Of a stretch of DNA of 64,000 nt, positions 35,608-45,100 are shown piece by piece (position 1 is the first letter of the stretch; each line of letters opens with the position of its first letter). Position numbers and translations under genes: made by a program. The DNA comes from a virus. The stretch spans positions 1 to 64,000 of the IMG/VR virus record IMGVR_UViG_3300029455_000002, one strand, 5' to 3'. The notes under the pieces are model-generated. The model saw only the letters and a list, made by a program, of their open reading frames with translations. It ran no database searches and was not told the origin of the DNA.

Positions 35608-37062
35608 GTGGGGAGAAACAAAATAAACTTTGTTGACCTATGCCAAGGAGAGTTTGGCAGAAAGATTGCCTATACTGGCGTAGACCAGATTACTCCCCAG
35701 AATGTGGCACAGGTTCTTTCTGATACAATTGGAATCCACAACAGGAACAGAACATTGATAGATTATCTATACAGATATTACAAAGGCGACCAGCCGATTC
35801 TATATCGTGAGAAACTTGTTCGCCCAGAGGTCAACAATAAAGTTGTTGAGAATCATGCCCTTGAAACAGTCAAATTCAAGGCAGGGCAGATATACGGAGA
35901 ACCTATTCAGTATGTCTGCAAAAAGAAAAAAGCAAGTGAAAAAATAAATGAACAAGTTGACCGGTTCAATGATTATCTGGATGAAGCTAATGCAGATGCC
36001 AGAAACATTCAATTAGGAATATACCAGAGTGCGGTAGGAACTGCATATAAAGCAATTCTGAGAGAAGATGAATGGACAGAAAACGGAGATTTACCGCCTT
36101 TTAGAATATTTATTCCATCACCGCAGGATGTATATATTGTTTATTCAAACGCCACAGGCAAACCGATGCTTTCCGTCCAGATTTTAAAAGACGAGGACAA
36201 TCAGCAATATTATCAGTGTTATTCTTCCAGACAATATTTCAAAATACAAAATGCAGTGGTGACAGAATCCGGAATCAATGGTTTTGGTGGCATTCCAATT
36301 GTTGAATACCCAAATAATCACGACAGACTTTCCGACATTGAAATTGCGATCACAATGTATGATGCAATCAACAAATATCAATCTGACAGGCTGAATGGTG
36401 TTGAGCAGTTCGTGCAAGCCCTGATGAAATTTAAGAACTGTGAGATTGATGAAGCAGAGTTTGTAAAGATGGTTAAACTCGGTGCGGTATCAGTAAAAGA
36501 TGTTGGAAACGGAACACAATCAGACGTTGATTTAATGACCGCTGAACTAAACCAGTCAGAGAGTCAGGTTGCAAAAGATGATATTTACAACAATATGCTC
36601 ATTGTAGAAGCGATGCCAAACCGTCAGAGCAATACAGGCGGTGATACTGGTAATGCAGTATATCTGAGGAATGGTTGGGATTTCGCAGAGAGAGACGCAA
36701 AATTAGTAGAAGCGTTCACAAAAGAAGCTGAAAAGGCATCTGCCAGAATTATTTTGAATATTATTCGAAAAACATCAATGGATGTAAATATTTCAACCAG
36801 AGATTTCGATGTAAAAATCACCAGAAACCCGACTGATAATATGCTTGTTAAAGCACAGGCGCTTGATTATCTGTTCAAAAATAAAATTCATCCGCTTATT
36901 GCGCTGATTACTTGCGGATTATTTAGTGATCCGCAAAAAGTATATGAAATGAGCTTACCATATCTTGGAACTATTTACCCGGAATTGGCAGACCCGGACT
37001 CAGAGCTGCAGAAAGCGCAAGATTTGCTGAATGGCTTTAACAAGGATGTGATTACAGAATGA
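35608..37062 (+). CDS. portal protein
   Basis: 484 aa from GTG 35608 (RBS AGGAGG). The position after TerL and the size fit an SPP1-type portal. Confidence 0.75.
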   Translation: MGRNKINFVDLCQGEFGRKIAYTGVDQITPQNVAQVLSDTIGIHNRNRTLIDYLYRYYKGDQPILYREKLVRPEVNNKVVENHALETVKFKAGQIYGEPIQYVCKKKKASEKINEQVDRFNDYLDEANADARNIQLGIYQSAVGTAYKAILREDEWTENGDLPPFRIFIPSPQDVYIVYSNATGKPMLSVQILKDEDNQQYYQCYSSRQYFKIQNAVVTESGINGFGGIPIVEYPNNHDRLSDIEIAITMYDAINKYQSDRLNGVEQFVQALMKFKNCEIDEAEFVKMVKLGAVSVKDVGNGTQSDVDLMTAELNQSESQVAKDDIYNNMLIVEAMPNRQSNTGGDTGNAVYLRNGWDFAERDAKLVEAFTKEAEKASARIILNIIRKTSMDVNISTRDFDVKITRNPTDNMLVKAQALDYLFKNKIHPLIALITCGLFSDPQKVYEMSLPYLGTIYPELADPDSELQKAQDLLNGFNKDVITE

Positions 37063-37712
37063 ATGTTTCATCATACGATGAATTGAATATCAGACCCAGT
37101 AATCGCAGAAGCGAACCGTATAAAGAATATTTCAGCAAAATGTCGATATCACACAAAGAAAAGCAAGAAAGGATAGCTTTTTCCGAACAAATGGAAGAAG
37201 TTGTCCTTTATATTTTGGCGCTGATAGAAACAACCATAGAAAGCGGAGAAACAAACCGAGAATATATCCAGACTCAATTTTATGACAAATATCTGGATGT
37301 AATTGCTTCGTATACGCTTATAGACACATATATCAAGCAATATGCTCTTGGCGTGACACAACAAATTATTGATGCAACATTTGAAAGATTTTCTTCCGAA
37401 GATAAAAGCATTACTGATGATTATTACCTGTCAAACGACCGGGCAATGTTTATTTCAGAATGCGAAGCTAATTCGATACTGAATTACAGACAGTATTCAA
37501 ATGCTGTAAAAGCAGGAAAGACAAAGAAGAAATGGGTTGACGTAGGAGACAAAAGAGAACGAAAGACACATCTTGAAGTCGGAGGAACCACGCTCCCGAT
37601 TGATGAGCCGTTTTCGGTTGGAGATAGCTTGCTACAATTTCCCAAAGATACCTCATTAGGAGCTTCGGCAGACGAGATTGTGAATTGCCGGTGTTCAATT
37701 CAATATAGTTAA
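37059..37712 (+). CDS. head morphogenesis protein (Mu F / SPP1 gp7-like)
   Basis: C-terminal ...WVDVGDKRERKTHLEVGG...NCRCSIQY pattern. Confidence 0.65.
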   Translation: MNVSSYDELNIRPSNRRSEPYKEYFSKMSISHKEKQERIAFSEQMEEVVLYILALIETTIESGETNREYIQTQFYDKYLDVIASYTLIDTYIKQYALGVTQQIIDATFERFSSEDKSITDDYYLSNDRAMFISECEANSILNYRQYSNAVKAGKTKKKWVDVGDKRERKTHLEVGGTTLPIDEPFSVGDSLLQFPKDTSLGASADEIVNCRCSIQYS

Positions 37713-37835
37713 TTTAGGGACGAGTAAAATCGTCTCTTTTTATTTAAAAAATATGCACCCCGATAGCGTAATCATGGGAGACACCTTGAGCTGAGCGAAC
37801 AGCGTAAAAAAGCGTATTGGTGACAGGAGATTTCA

Positions 37836-38462
37836 ATGACAAGAGAAGATGTTAAAAAGATTTTCCCAGATGCAACCGATGACCAGATTACTTCTTTTCT
37901 GAATCAGTCAAATTCTGATGTGGCTAAAGAGAAAGCAAAAGCCCAGAAAGCAAAAGAGCAGGCTGATAAAGCAGAAGCACTGGAAAAAGAACTGGAAGAA
38001 TTAAAAAAACAGAACATGACTGAAGCTGAGAAAGCAGAACTGGAACGTCAGAAAGAAAAAGCTGCAAACGAAAAAAGAATTTCTGACCTTGAATCTGCAC
38101 TTGCGACTTCACAAAAAGAAGCACTCGTAGGGAAAATTACTTCTATTTTTGCAAACGCAGGAATGAAAGGAGATGCCTATGCAGGAGCGATCAAAGCGTT
38201 TTCTAACATGAACGCAGAGGATGCTCTCAAAGAAGCTCAGACATTTGTCGATGAAATTTCCGTAGAAAATAAAAACGCTCTTGATACCGCAAAAGCAGCT
38301 TGGGAGAAAGAAGCACTTGAAAATACACCTAATCCCGGTGGCGGTAAATCTGGTGGAGAACCAGAAAAGAAAAGCGAAGCATCTGAATACGCAAAAGCGT
38401 ACTCAGCAAAAATGTGTCCAGAAAATAAACCGGCAGATGATAATGCCCCAGTAAATATTTAA
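37836..38462 (+). CDS. scaffolding protein
   Basis: Highly charged Ala/Lys/Glu coiled coil, positioned before the capsid genes. Confidence 0.6.
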   Translation: MTREDVKKIFPDATDDQITSFLNQSNSDVAKEKAKAQKAKEQADKAEALEKELEELKKQNMTEAEKAELERQKEKAANEKRISDLESALATSQKEALVGKITSIFANAGMKGDAYAGAIKAFSNMNAEDALKEAQTFVDEISVENKNALDTAKAAWEKEALENTPNPGGGKSGGEPEKKSEASEYAKAYSAKMCPENKPADDNAPVNI

Positions 38463-38480
38463 GTAAAGGAGATTTAGATT

Positions 38481-38825
38481 ATGGCTTTTATGAAAACAGA
38501 GCAGTACGAATCCACACCTAACATCCTCGAATCCGAGGTAGGACTGGTTCTTAAAACCTATACAGCAGAACAGACAAATGCTGAAACCGTTGGAACTAAG
38601 AAGATTATCAAAGCAGGTTCTGTATATCCGACAAACGCAACTGGTGCTAAAGGCATTGTATTTGAAGACGTCGATATGACAGACGATACAAAACGACCGA
38701 TTTCCGTAATTGTTGCAGGACGTGTTCTTGAAAAAAGACTTCCGGTAACAGTAGATACTACTGCAAAAACGGAGCTTGAAAAAGCAGGTATCGTTTTTGT
38801 GACTACTACAGACCCAGAATTTTAA
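38481..38825 (+). CDS. head decoration-like protein
   Basis: 114 aa, between the scaffold and the major capsid. The call rests on position. Confidence 0.4.
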   Translation: MAFMKTEQYESTPNILESEVGLVLKTYTAEQTNAETVGTKKIIKAGSVYPTNATGAKGIVFEDVDMTDDTKRPISVIVAGRVLEKRLPVTVDTTAKTELEKAGIVFVTTTDPEF

Positions 38826-38838
38826 GGAGGTATAGCAG

Positions 38839-39876
38839 ATGCCATTTAATATTTTAGAATCAATCACACAGGAAGAAAGACTTAACTTTTCTCAGGATTT
38901 CAGTGTAAAAAGACCAGGCATTCTTGACACCATATTTCCGGATGTCAAAACCCAGTTCCTGAAAGCCGAATACTACAGACTTATGGCTGGACAAAGACTG
39001 CCGGAGGTAGCATTCGTTCACGCTCTCGATACCGAAGCGGAAATTGGCTCCAGACCGGGATTCGAAAAAGTTCTGACTGAAAAGCTCTTCATCAAGAGAA
39101 AAATCAATCAGTCTGAGAGATTACAGCAGGCAATTGAAAATGGTGTGCCAGATGATGAGAATTTAAAGAAATTTGTATTTGATGATGCAGCTAATCTGTT
39201 TGAAGGAGTTGTTGCTAGAGCAAATGTCATGAAAGGCCAATTTCTTAGCACAGGTGTTGTAAAAATTAAAGAAAACAATGTGGATATGAGCATTGATTAT
39301 GGTGTTCCGTCCGATGCAAAAGTAGAAATGACAGACTGGTCTAAACCAGATGCAGATATCATGGGTGATATCCAGAAGATGGTCGCTATTGCAGAAGATA
39401 ATGGATTTGTGGTAAACAAAGCCCTGACATCGCTTAAAATGATTAACTACATGAGAAATAACACTGCAATGCAGACCGCAGTTTTAGGAGCAGCTAACAA
39501 ACGTCTTCTGACTAAACAGGAACTCGCTAATCTGCTTATGCAGGAATACGGAATCACAATTGATCGCTGTGACGAGAAATTCAGATTCAGAAAAGCGGAT
39601 GGTTCTCTCAAAACAGGAAGATACTTTAAAGAAGATGTATTCACTCTGTATGAAGCAGAGCCGAACGGTTCATTTGGTACTGGACTCTGGGGCGTAACAC
39701 CAGAGGAACTTGAGTACAGACAGTTCATTCAGGAAGAAAATCGCTCCTTCGTAACACTGTCCATGTGGGCTACACAAGACCCAGTTGCAGTTTGGACTAA
39801 AGCATCAGGTATGTTTGTTCCAGTAGCAGCAAAAGCTAATGGCGGTATCGTAATCGGTACCAAAGCGGGGGAATAA
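38839..39876 (+). CDS. major capsid protein (lambda gpE-like family)
   Basis: 345 aa. Position and N-terminal pattern resemble the capsid protein E family. Confidence 0.65.
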   Translation: MPFNILESITQEERLNFSQDFSVKRPGILDTIFPDVKTQFLKAEYYRLMAGQRLPEVAFVHALDTEAEIGSRPGFEKVLTEKLFIKRKINQSERLQQAIENGVPDDENLKKFVFDDAANLFEGVVARANVMKGQFLSTGVVKIKENNVDMSIDYGVPSDAKVEMTDWSKPDADIMGDIQKMVAIAEDNGFVVNKALTSLKMINYMRNNTAMQTAVLGAANKRLLTKQELANLLMQEYGITIDRCDEKFRFRKADGSLKTGRYFKEDVFTLYEAEPNGSFGTGLWGVTPEELEYRQFIQEENRSFVTLSMWATQDPVAVWTKASGMFVPVAAKANGGIVIGTKAGE

Positions 39877-39971
39877 ACGGGCATAGTCTTGACGAGAACA
39901 GCCAGTCACCATCTGTAGCAAGTGTTGACGATACCTCAAAACACAAATATACAGAAAGCGAGCTGTCAAGC

Positions 39972-40076
39972 ATGACAGTGGTTCAACTGAAACAGTTCGC
40001 AAGTGACAATGGCTATGCCCTCATATCTACAAATAAGGCTGGTATTATCTCGGAAATTTTATCTCAGCAAGGGTAG
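39972..40076 (+). CDS. HeH/SAP-like (Rho-N-like) mini-ORF, or a frameshift extension of the capsid protein
   Basis: MTVVQLKQFASDNGYALISTNKAGIISEIL is a helix-extended-helix pattern. The same frame is open back to 39840 with no start codon. Confidence 0.3.
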   Translation: MTVVQLKQFASDNGYALISTNKAGIISEILSQQG

Positions 40077-40086
40077 GTGATCTTAA

Positions 40087-40413
40087 ATGAACGAACAGCT
40101 TGTAAATGATCTGAAAGAGTATCTATCCGACGATGCGGAAACTGACGGTATGATTTCTTTATCTGTAAAACGTGCAATTCGTTCATTTAAAAAGAAGCGC
40201 AACTATCCGTCTGGATATACAGAGGAAAAAATCAACACCGATATGGAATATTGCTATGATTGTATATTTGATCTGGCTCTCTATTTCCTTGTGAAACAGG
40301 GAGCCGAGTTCCAAGAATCGCACTCTGAAAATTCAGTAAGTCGAAACTGGGAATCCGAAACAGAAATATATATCAATCATGGCGTTTTTCCATTTGCAGG
40401 AAGTTTAATTTAA
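40087..40413 (+). CDS. head-tail connector (gp6-like)
   Basis: 108 aa. LKEYL..D....D..I...V..A pattern and position. Confidence 0.55.
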   Translation: MNEQLVNDLKEYLSDDAETDGMISLSVKRAIRSFKKKRNYPSGYTEEKINTDMEYCYDCIFDLALYFLVKQGAEFQESHSENSVSRNWESETEIYINHGVFPFAGSLI

Positions 40414-40525
40414 TAAGATGGTTGGGTCACGTGGCACAGTATTTTTGTCCTCCCGGAGTGCCGCTGGGTTGCTTATATTCAGTAGGGAAAAGCAAATGTT
40501 AAGGGAGTGAAGAAAGGAACTGGCG

Positions 40526-40837
40526 ATGGGATGTGAACACGAATGTTTTAATGAACACCGCATAGCAGAATTAGAAGATAATCTTCGGAAGATGCAAGAA
40601 AGACAATCCGACCGCAATAAAGAGTTTTATGAGCGCATCGGGGAACTGGAAAGAAAAACAGCATTAAGCGAAAACGACTTGAACCATATCAAGTCAACTG
40701 TAGATGAGATGAATAACAATATAAAAACTCTCATGGCAGTTCCAGGAAAGCGCTATGATACAATCATTGTATGTGTTATTACGGCAATTGTCAGCGCAGT
40801 TATCGGATTTATGTTAAAAGGCATTCTTCCAGTTTGA
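40526..40837 (+). CDS. xhlA: XhlA-like hemolysin/lysis-associated membrane protein
   Basis: N-terminal coiled coil (RIAELEDNLRKMQE...) plus a C-terminal TM helix IIVCVITAIVSAVIGFML. Confidence 0.55.
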   Translation: MGCEHECFNEHRIAELEDNLRKMQERQSDRNKEFYERIGELERKTALSENDLNHIKSTVDEMNNNIKTLMAVPGKRYDTIIVCVITAIVSAVIGFMLKGILPV

Positions 40838-40866
40838 TTCCACTTGTAAGGGAGGACGGTGGAAAT

Positions 40867-41121
40867 ATGAATTATACAGACTTTTCAGAAGATGAAAGAA
40901 AATTTTATTTAAAAGAAGCAGGCTTCGATTCCAGAGAAGAAAAACTGTTTCGATTACGGGCCTATGGCGAAAAGACACTATGGGAAGCATCTGAACTTAT
41001 GGGGTATAGTCCAAGAACCATAGACCGAATTAATAAAAGAATAAAGAAGAAAATTTCTAAAGTTGCCCCGATGTACTGTCGGGGCTTTTCTTTGTATTGT
41101 GGCGAAAACGTGGCGAAATAG
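40867..41121 (+). CDS. sigma-70 region-4 / LuxR-like HTH protein
   Basis: EEKLFRLRAYGEKTLWEASELMGYSPRTIDRINKRIKKK. Confidence 0.5.
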   Translation: MNYTDFSEDERKFYLKEAGFDSREEKLFRLRAYGEKTLWEASELMGYSPRTIDRINKRIKKKISKVAPMYCRGFSLYCGENVAK

Positions 41122-41276
41122 TGACGTTCAAAAACAGAGTTCCTTCCTATATAATATAATTATAGGAGAAAACACTATGATTACGTTAAATAACCCTTAT
41201 GAGGGCGTGTGGGAAAAGTATCGCTCCATAGATGATATGGACATGATTCTTGAATCCCGGATAGGAGGAACAGATT

Positions 41277-41774
41277 ATGGCAGGATACCCGTATTATCCA
41301 CAACAGCCAATGATAAACAGCCCGTACGGACAAATCCAACCGTATCAGGACAGGCTTGCACAACTGCAAAATAATTACCAGCAAGCAATGCCGTATGGTC
41401 AGATGCAAATGCAACAGTTACAGTCCGTCCCACAGTCCCCTATGTTACAAGGTCAGATGGTGGATGGAATTGATACTGTAAAAGCTAAAGATGTGGATAT
41501 GTCTGGAAATCCTGTTTACTATCCAAAGACAGACGGAACTGAAATTTACAGAAAACAGCTTCAATCCGATGGAAGAAGCAGGATTTTTGTTTACCGACTC
41601 GTAAATCCAGACGAACAGCAATCTAAGCAAGATGAAAAGCAGGTTGATATTGAAGCAATGTTTAATCAGCTTCGGAATGATGTTTGTTCGGAGATTTCTG
41701 AAATAAAGAATATGTTTCCGACACAGATGTCGGGGACATCGGAACCTAAGCAGAACGGAGGTAGGCAGAGATGA
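41277..41774 (+). CDS. Gln/Pro/Tyr-rich low-complexity protein
   Basis: MAGYPYYPQQPMINSPYGQIQPYQ...MQMQQLQ. RBS GGAGGA. Confidence 0.45.
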   Translation: MAGYPYYPQQPMINSPYGQIQPYQDRLAQLQNNYQQAMPYGQMQMQQLQSVPQSPMLQGQMVDGIDTVKAKDVDMSGNPVYYPKTDGTEIYRKQLQSDGRSRIFVYRLVNPDEQQSKQDEKQVDIEAMFNQLRNDVCSEISEIKNMFPTQMSGTSEPKQNGGRQR

Positions 41775-42016
41775 CATTCAATCCAAACGCCATGATGAAA
41801 AAGCAATTTGAGAAAATGATTTCTCAGAGGTTCGGAAGTGTTGACAACATGATGAACGATATGAGTAAATTTGCAGGAAATAATCCAACATTGAAGAATG
41901 CGTTGGATTTATACAAAAAAGGTGATACAGACCAGTTACATCAAATACAGCAAAATGTATTCAACGAAAAACATTTATCTCCAGATGGAATTATACAAAA
42001 ATTCCTTGGATTATAA
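41771..42016 (+). CDS. hypothetical protein
   Basis: 81-aa ORF. Confidence 0.4.
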   Translation: MTFNPNAMMKKQFEKMISQRFGSVDNMMNDMSKFAGNNPTLKNALDLYKKGDTDQLHQIQQNVFNEKHLSPDGIIQKFLGL

Positions 42017-42113
42017 CACTTCCCCACAATTGGGTGATTAAAAATCGCTACAATTCGGGACGACAGCCGCGGATGTCTCCTATTGTAAATAAAATTTTAA
42101 GGAGACTAAAAAC

Positions 42114-42923
42114 ATGATGAATGGTTCAAATTATAGTCTTAGTGACATTGCTGCCGCTACAGGCTCTAATAATCGCGCCAATGATATGTGGGGCGGTGAT
42201 GGCTTTTCACTTATCTGGCTCGTCCTGATCTTTGCCATCTTTGGATGGGGAGGCTTTGGCGGCTGGGGCGGCGGCTTCGGCGGCAATGGTGGAAACGGTG
42301 CAAATGGTGCTGGATTCCAAGGATGGGCCACACGTGCGGATATTAATGAGGGCTTTGCTCTTAACGATATTCAGAACGGTATCAGAGGTATTCAGCAGGG
42401 CATTTGCGACAGTACATATGCACTCAACAATACCATGCAGAGTGGCTTCAACGGCGTGAACGTTGGAATGCTTCAGGGCTTCAATGGCGTTCAGCAGGCA
42501 ATTAACGCTGATACAGTGGCTAATATGCAGAACACCAATGCATTACAGTCTCAGTTAGCAAATTGTTGCTGTGAAACAAGGGAAGCTATCCAGGGTATCA
42601 ACTACAACATGGCTACCAACACTTGTGCTCTCCAGAACACAATGAATAACAATACAAGAGACCTTCTGGAAAACCAGAACAGTAATACAAGAGCAATCCT
42701 TGATTTCCTGACTCAGGATAAGATTGCAACATTACAGGCAGAAAATACTGATCTGAAACGTGCTGCATCTCAGGATCGCCAGTCTGCGCTGCTTACAACT
42801 GCTATGGCTTCACAGACTCAGCAGTTGATCAATGCAATTAATCCGGCAGCCATCCCGGCATACGTTGTTCCTAATCCGAATACCTATTACGGTGGATGCG
42901 GATGCAACAGTGGTTGCTGCTAA
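42114..42923 (+). CDS. membrane-anchored Gly-rich, Asn/Gln-rich protein with a Cys-rich C-terminus
   Basis: TM LIWLVLIFAIFGW, then GGFGGWGGGFGGNGGNGANG, N/Q-rich repeats, and an ending YYGGCGCNSGCC. RBS AAGGAGA. Confidence 0.5.
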   Translation: MMNGSNYSLSDIAAATGSNNRANDMWGGDGFSLIWLVLIFAIFGWGGFGGWGGGFGGNGGNGANGAGFQGWATRADINEGFALNDIQNGIRGIQQGICDSTYALNNTMQSGFNGVNVGMLQGFNGVQQAINADTVANMQNTNALQSQLANCCCETREAIQGINYNMATNTCALQNTMNNNTRDLLENQNSNTRAILDFLTQDKIATLQAENTDLKRAASQDRQSALLTTAMASQTQQLINAINPAAIPAYVVPNPNTYYGGCGCNSGCC

Positions 42924-43001
42924 GTAACTCACCCTTAGAGGTTGACTAATTCTAAGAGGTGGGTTGCGGCTCACCTCTTATTTGATTGAGAGGTATAAAA
43001 T

Positions 43002-43427
43002 ATGAGTTGTAAAAATGTTTGTAAGCTCTGCAACCATCTTGTGATAAGCCAGTCTATATCGTTTACAGGAGGCAATCTTGTAATCACACTTCCGGCAGGC
43101 AGTTACAACAATGGAGAGAAATATTGTATTGTTGTTGCACAAAGTATACCGGAAACAACCACAATTTCTGCTCCGGTAGTAATTCAGGTAGGAACGGGAA
43201 CAACCTTGTATCCGTTGCAGAATCGTTGCTGTGCACAAGTTACGGCTTGCGGAATAAGAACCAGAACGAAGTATGCAACCAGAGTAGCTACAAGTGCAAC
43301 CGGCGGAGTATTCAAGATGTTAGGAAATCCGGCTTGTAGTCCAACTAACAATTTAACAGCAATTAATGGTACAGCCCCAACGACAGAAGCACCTGTTACA
43401 CAGGCTGTTAGAAAGGGGGAATTGTAA
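43002..43427 (+). CDS. Cys-containing beta-rich hypothetical protein
   Basis: 141-aa ORF with RBS GAGAGG. Confidence 0.45.
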   Translation: MSCKNVCKLCNHLVISQSISFTGGNLVITLPAGSYNNGEKYCIVVAQSIPETTTISAPVVIQVGTGTTLYPLQNRCCAQVTACGIRTRTKYATRVATSATGGVFKMLGNPACSPTNNLTAINGTAPTTEAPVTQAVRKGEL

Positions 43428-44053
43428 TGCATAAAGTTGCAATGGAAATGGGAAAATGGGCTATGGAGAAAGCCAAAGCGCATGGATTTGACAATCTTAG
43501 TTCTCAGGACTGGGATGATCTGAAAGATTGCTTAGAAGCAGTAAAATGCGCAATCTGTGCAGACAAAGATTATCGAATCGTAGAAGCTATGGACGAATGC
43601 GAACAGGAAGAAAAGTATCTTGGACGCATGGGATATGACAGATATCGTTATGTAAACGGCAGATTTGCACCAAAAGGCAGAGGAAGCCGCATGGGATATA
43701 TGCCATATCTTCATATGCAGGATGATGACTGGATAAGCGAATATCCGAATAATCCAGAGTTTGACCAGAACCTGTACCGCATGGGATATCATCCAGACCG
43801 TAGTGATATGAGAATGGATGGAATGAACCATAAGCAGTCCAGATATGGTGAAACCTACGACAGATACAGCGAGAATCGCAGACATTACCATGATTCCAAA
43901 GACGCTGAGTCTAAGAGAAAAATGGATGATTCCATGAAAGAGTATACAGAAGATATCATCCGCAACATGAAAGAAATGTGGGATGATGCAGACGCATCAA
44001 TCAGACAGCAGATGAAAACTGACTTAACACGTTTCATACAGCAGATGAATTGA
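43427..44053 (+). CDS. charged protein with RMGY repeats
   Basis: GRMGYDRYRY, SRMGYMPYLH and YRMGYHPDR. Confidence 0.45.
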   Translation: MHKVAMEMGKWAMEKAKAHGFDNLSSQDWDDLKDCLEAVKCAICADKDYRIVEAMDECEQEEKYLGRMGYDRYRYVNGRFAPKGRGSRMGYMPYLHMQDDDWISEYPNNPEFDQNLYRMGYHPDRSDMRMDGMNHKQSRYGETYDRYSENRRHYHDSKDAESKRKMDDSMKEYTEDIIRNMKEMWDDADASIRQQMKTDLTRFIQQMN

Positions 44054-44121
44054 ATATGAAATGAGCTTTGCCCTTGTTACAGGAATGTAGCAGGGGCTTT
44101 TTGATTGAAAGGAGAATTATT

Positions 44122-44433
44122 ATGAAGAAATTATTTATTAGTCAGCCGATGAGAGGAAAAACAGATGAGGAAATCCTTGCAACTAGAGAAAAAGCGATTA
44201 AGAGCGCAGAGAAGCAGATTGGTGAACCTGTAGAAGTAATTGATTCTTTCTTCCAGTCAGCACCAGTTGACGCAAAACCACTTTGGTATCTGGGCGAATC
44301 CCTTAAACTACTGGCAGAAGCTGATGTGGCGTTCTTTGCTAAAGGATGGGACGAAGCCAGAGGATGCAAGATTGAGAATACTTGCGCTATTGAATATGGC
44401 ATTGAGACCGTTATCGAAGATTATACAGCATAA
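44122..44433 (+). CDS. DUF4406 / nucleoside 2-deoxyribosyltransferase-like protein
   Basis: MKKLFISQPMRGKT...ADVAFFAKGWDEARGCKIE pattern. ATG follows AAAGGAG. Confidence 0.5.
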   Translation: MKKLFISQPMRGKTDEEILATREKAIKSAEKQIGEPVEVIDSFFQSAPVDAKPLWYLGESLKLLAEADVAFFAKGWDEARGCKIENTCAIEYGIETVIEDYTA

Positions 44434-44457
44434 GCCAAAAAAGGATGGTGATAAACT

Positions 44458-44844
44458 ATGCTAAGACAATTTTACATGAACGGTGACCTATGGAGAGTGC
44501 AGTTTGTATCTCCGCATGACAGCGTGTTAATTGACCGTACAGGCAATAGGACGCTTGGAGTATCGGATTATTCCACCCACGTTATTTCAATCGCAAATAA
44601 CCTGTATGGAGAACTTCTGAACCGTGTATTTATTCATGAGTTAGGGCATTGTGTGATGTTCAGCTATGGTCTATTACCAGAACTTCATCGCATGGTCAAG
44701 AAACGGTATTGGGTGGACGCGGAGGAATTTGTATGCAATATTCTGGCAGATTATGGACAGTTTGTTATTGGCACGGCCAGAGATATCTTAGGAAACCAGT
44801 TCACATATGTAGCTCCCATTGGGGCAGAAAGGATGAGTGCATAG
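44458..44844 (+). CDS. zinc metallopeptidase-like protein (HExxH)
   Basis: FIHELGHCV motif. Confidence 0.55.
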   Translation: MLRQFYMNGDLWRVQFVSPHDSVLIDRTGNRTLGVSDYSTHVISIANNLYGELLNRVFIHELGHCVMFSYGLLPELHRMVKKRYWVDAEEFVCNILADYGQFVIGTARDILGNQFTYVAPIGAERMSA

Positions 44845-45087
44845 ATGGCAAAAGCAGAAAACACAATTATTTTTGATGGCATTCAGTACAAACCCGGTGA
44901 TGAATTGCCGGATTTAGGTAGTTGGGTATGTACAGATGCAAAAGGTATGGTTCGCGATTATGAGGGACTTTCAAAAGACGTGTCAAAGCTCCCGCATTAT
45001 GTACAGAGCGGTTCTTCGGCGTTATGCCTTGATACCTCTGAATTATACGAATATCACAAACCTACTGACACATGGTACAAACTATAA
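44845..45087 (+). CDS. fibre N-terminal module (separate 80-aa ORF; fused in the paralog at 49362)
   Basis: About 40 percent identical by eye to residues 1-80 of ORF 49362-50372. Confidence 0.5.
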   Translation: MAKAENTIIFDGIQYKPGDELPDLGSWVCTDAKGMVRDYEGLSKDVSKLPHYVQSGSSALCLDTSELYEYHKPTDTWYKL

Positions 45088-45100
45088 GGAGAAAAAACGC

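Noticed and set aside
37740-37790. A third copy of the late cassette (TATGCA...AATCATGGGAGAC) upstream of the scaffold gene.
   Set aside because: Only a loose resemblance to the 24-mer. It lacks the GGAATC-17-TATAAT geometry and the downstream terminator.
44936-45100. The ORF-track start (44936) for the DGR target gene.
   Set aside because: That stretch overlaps the 80-aa ORF in another frame and has no RBS. ATG 45101 has AAGGAG upstream and aligns with the paralog.
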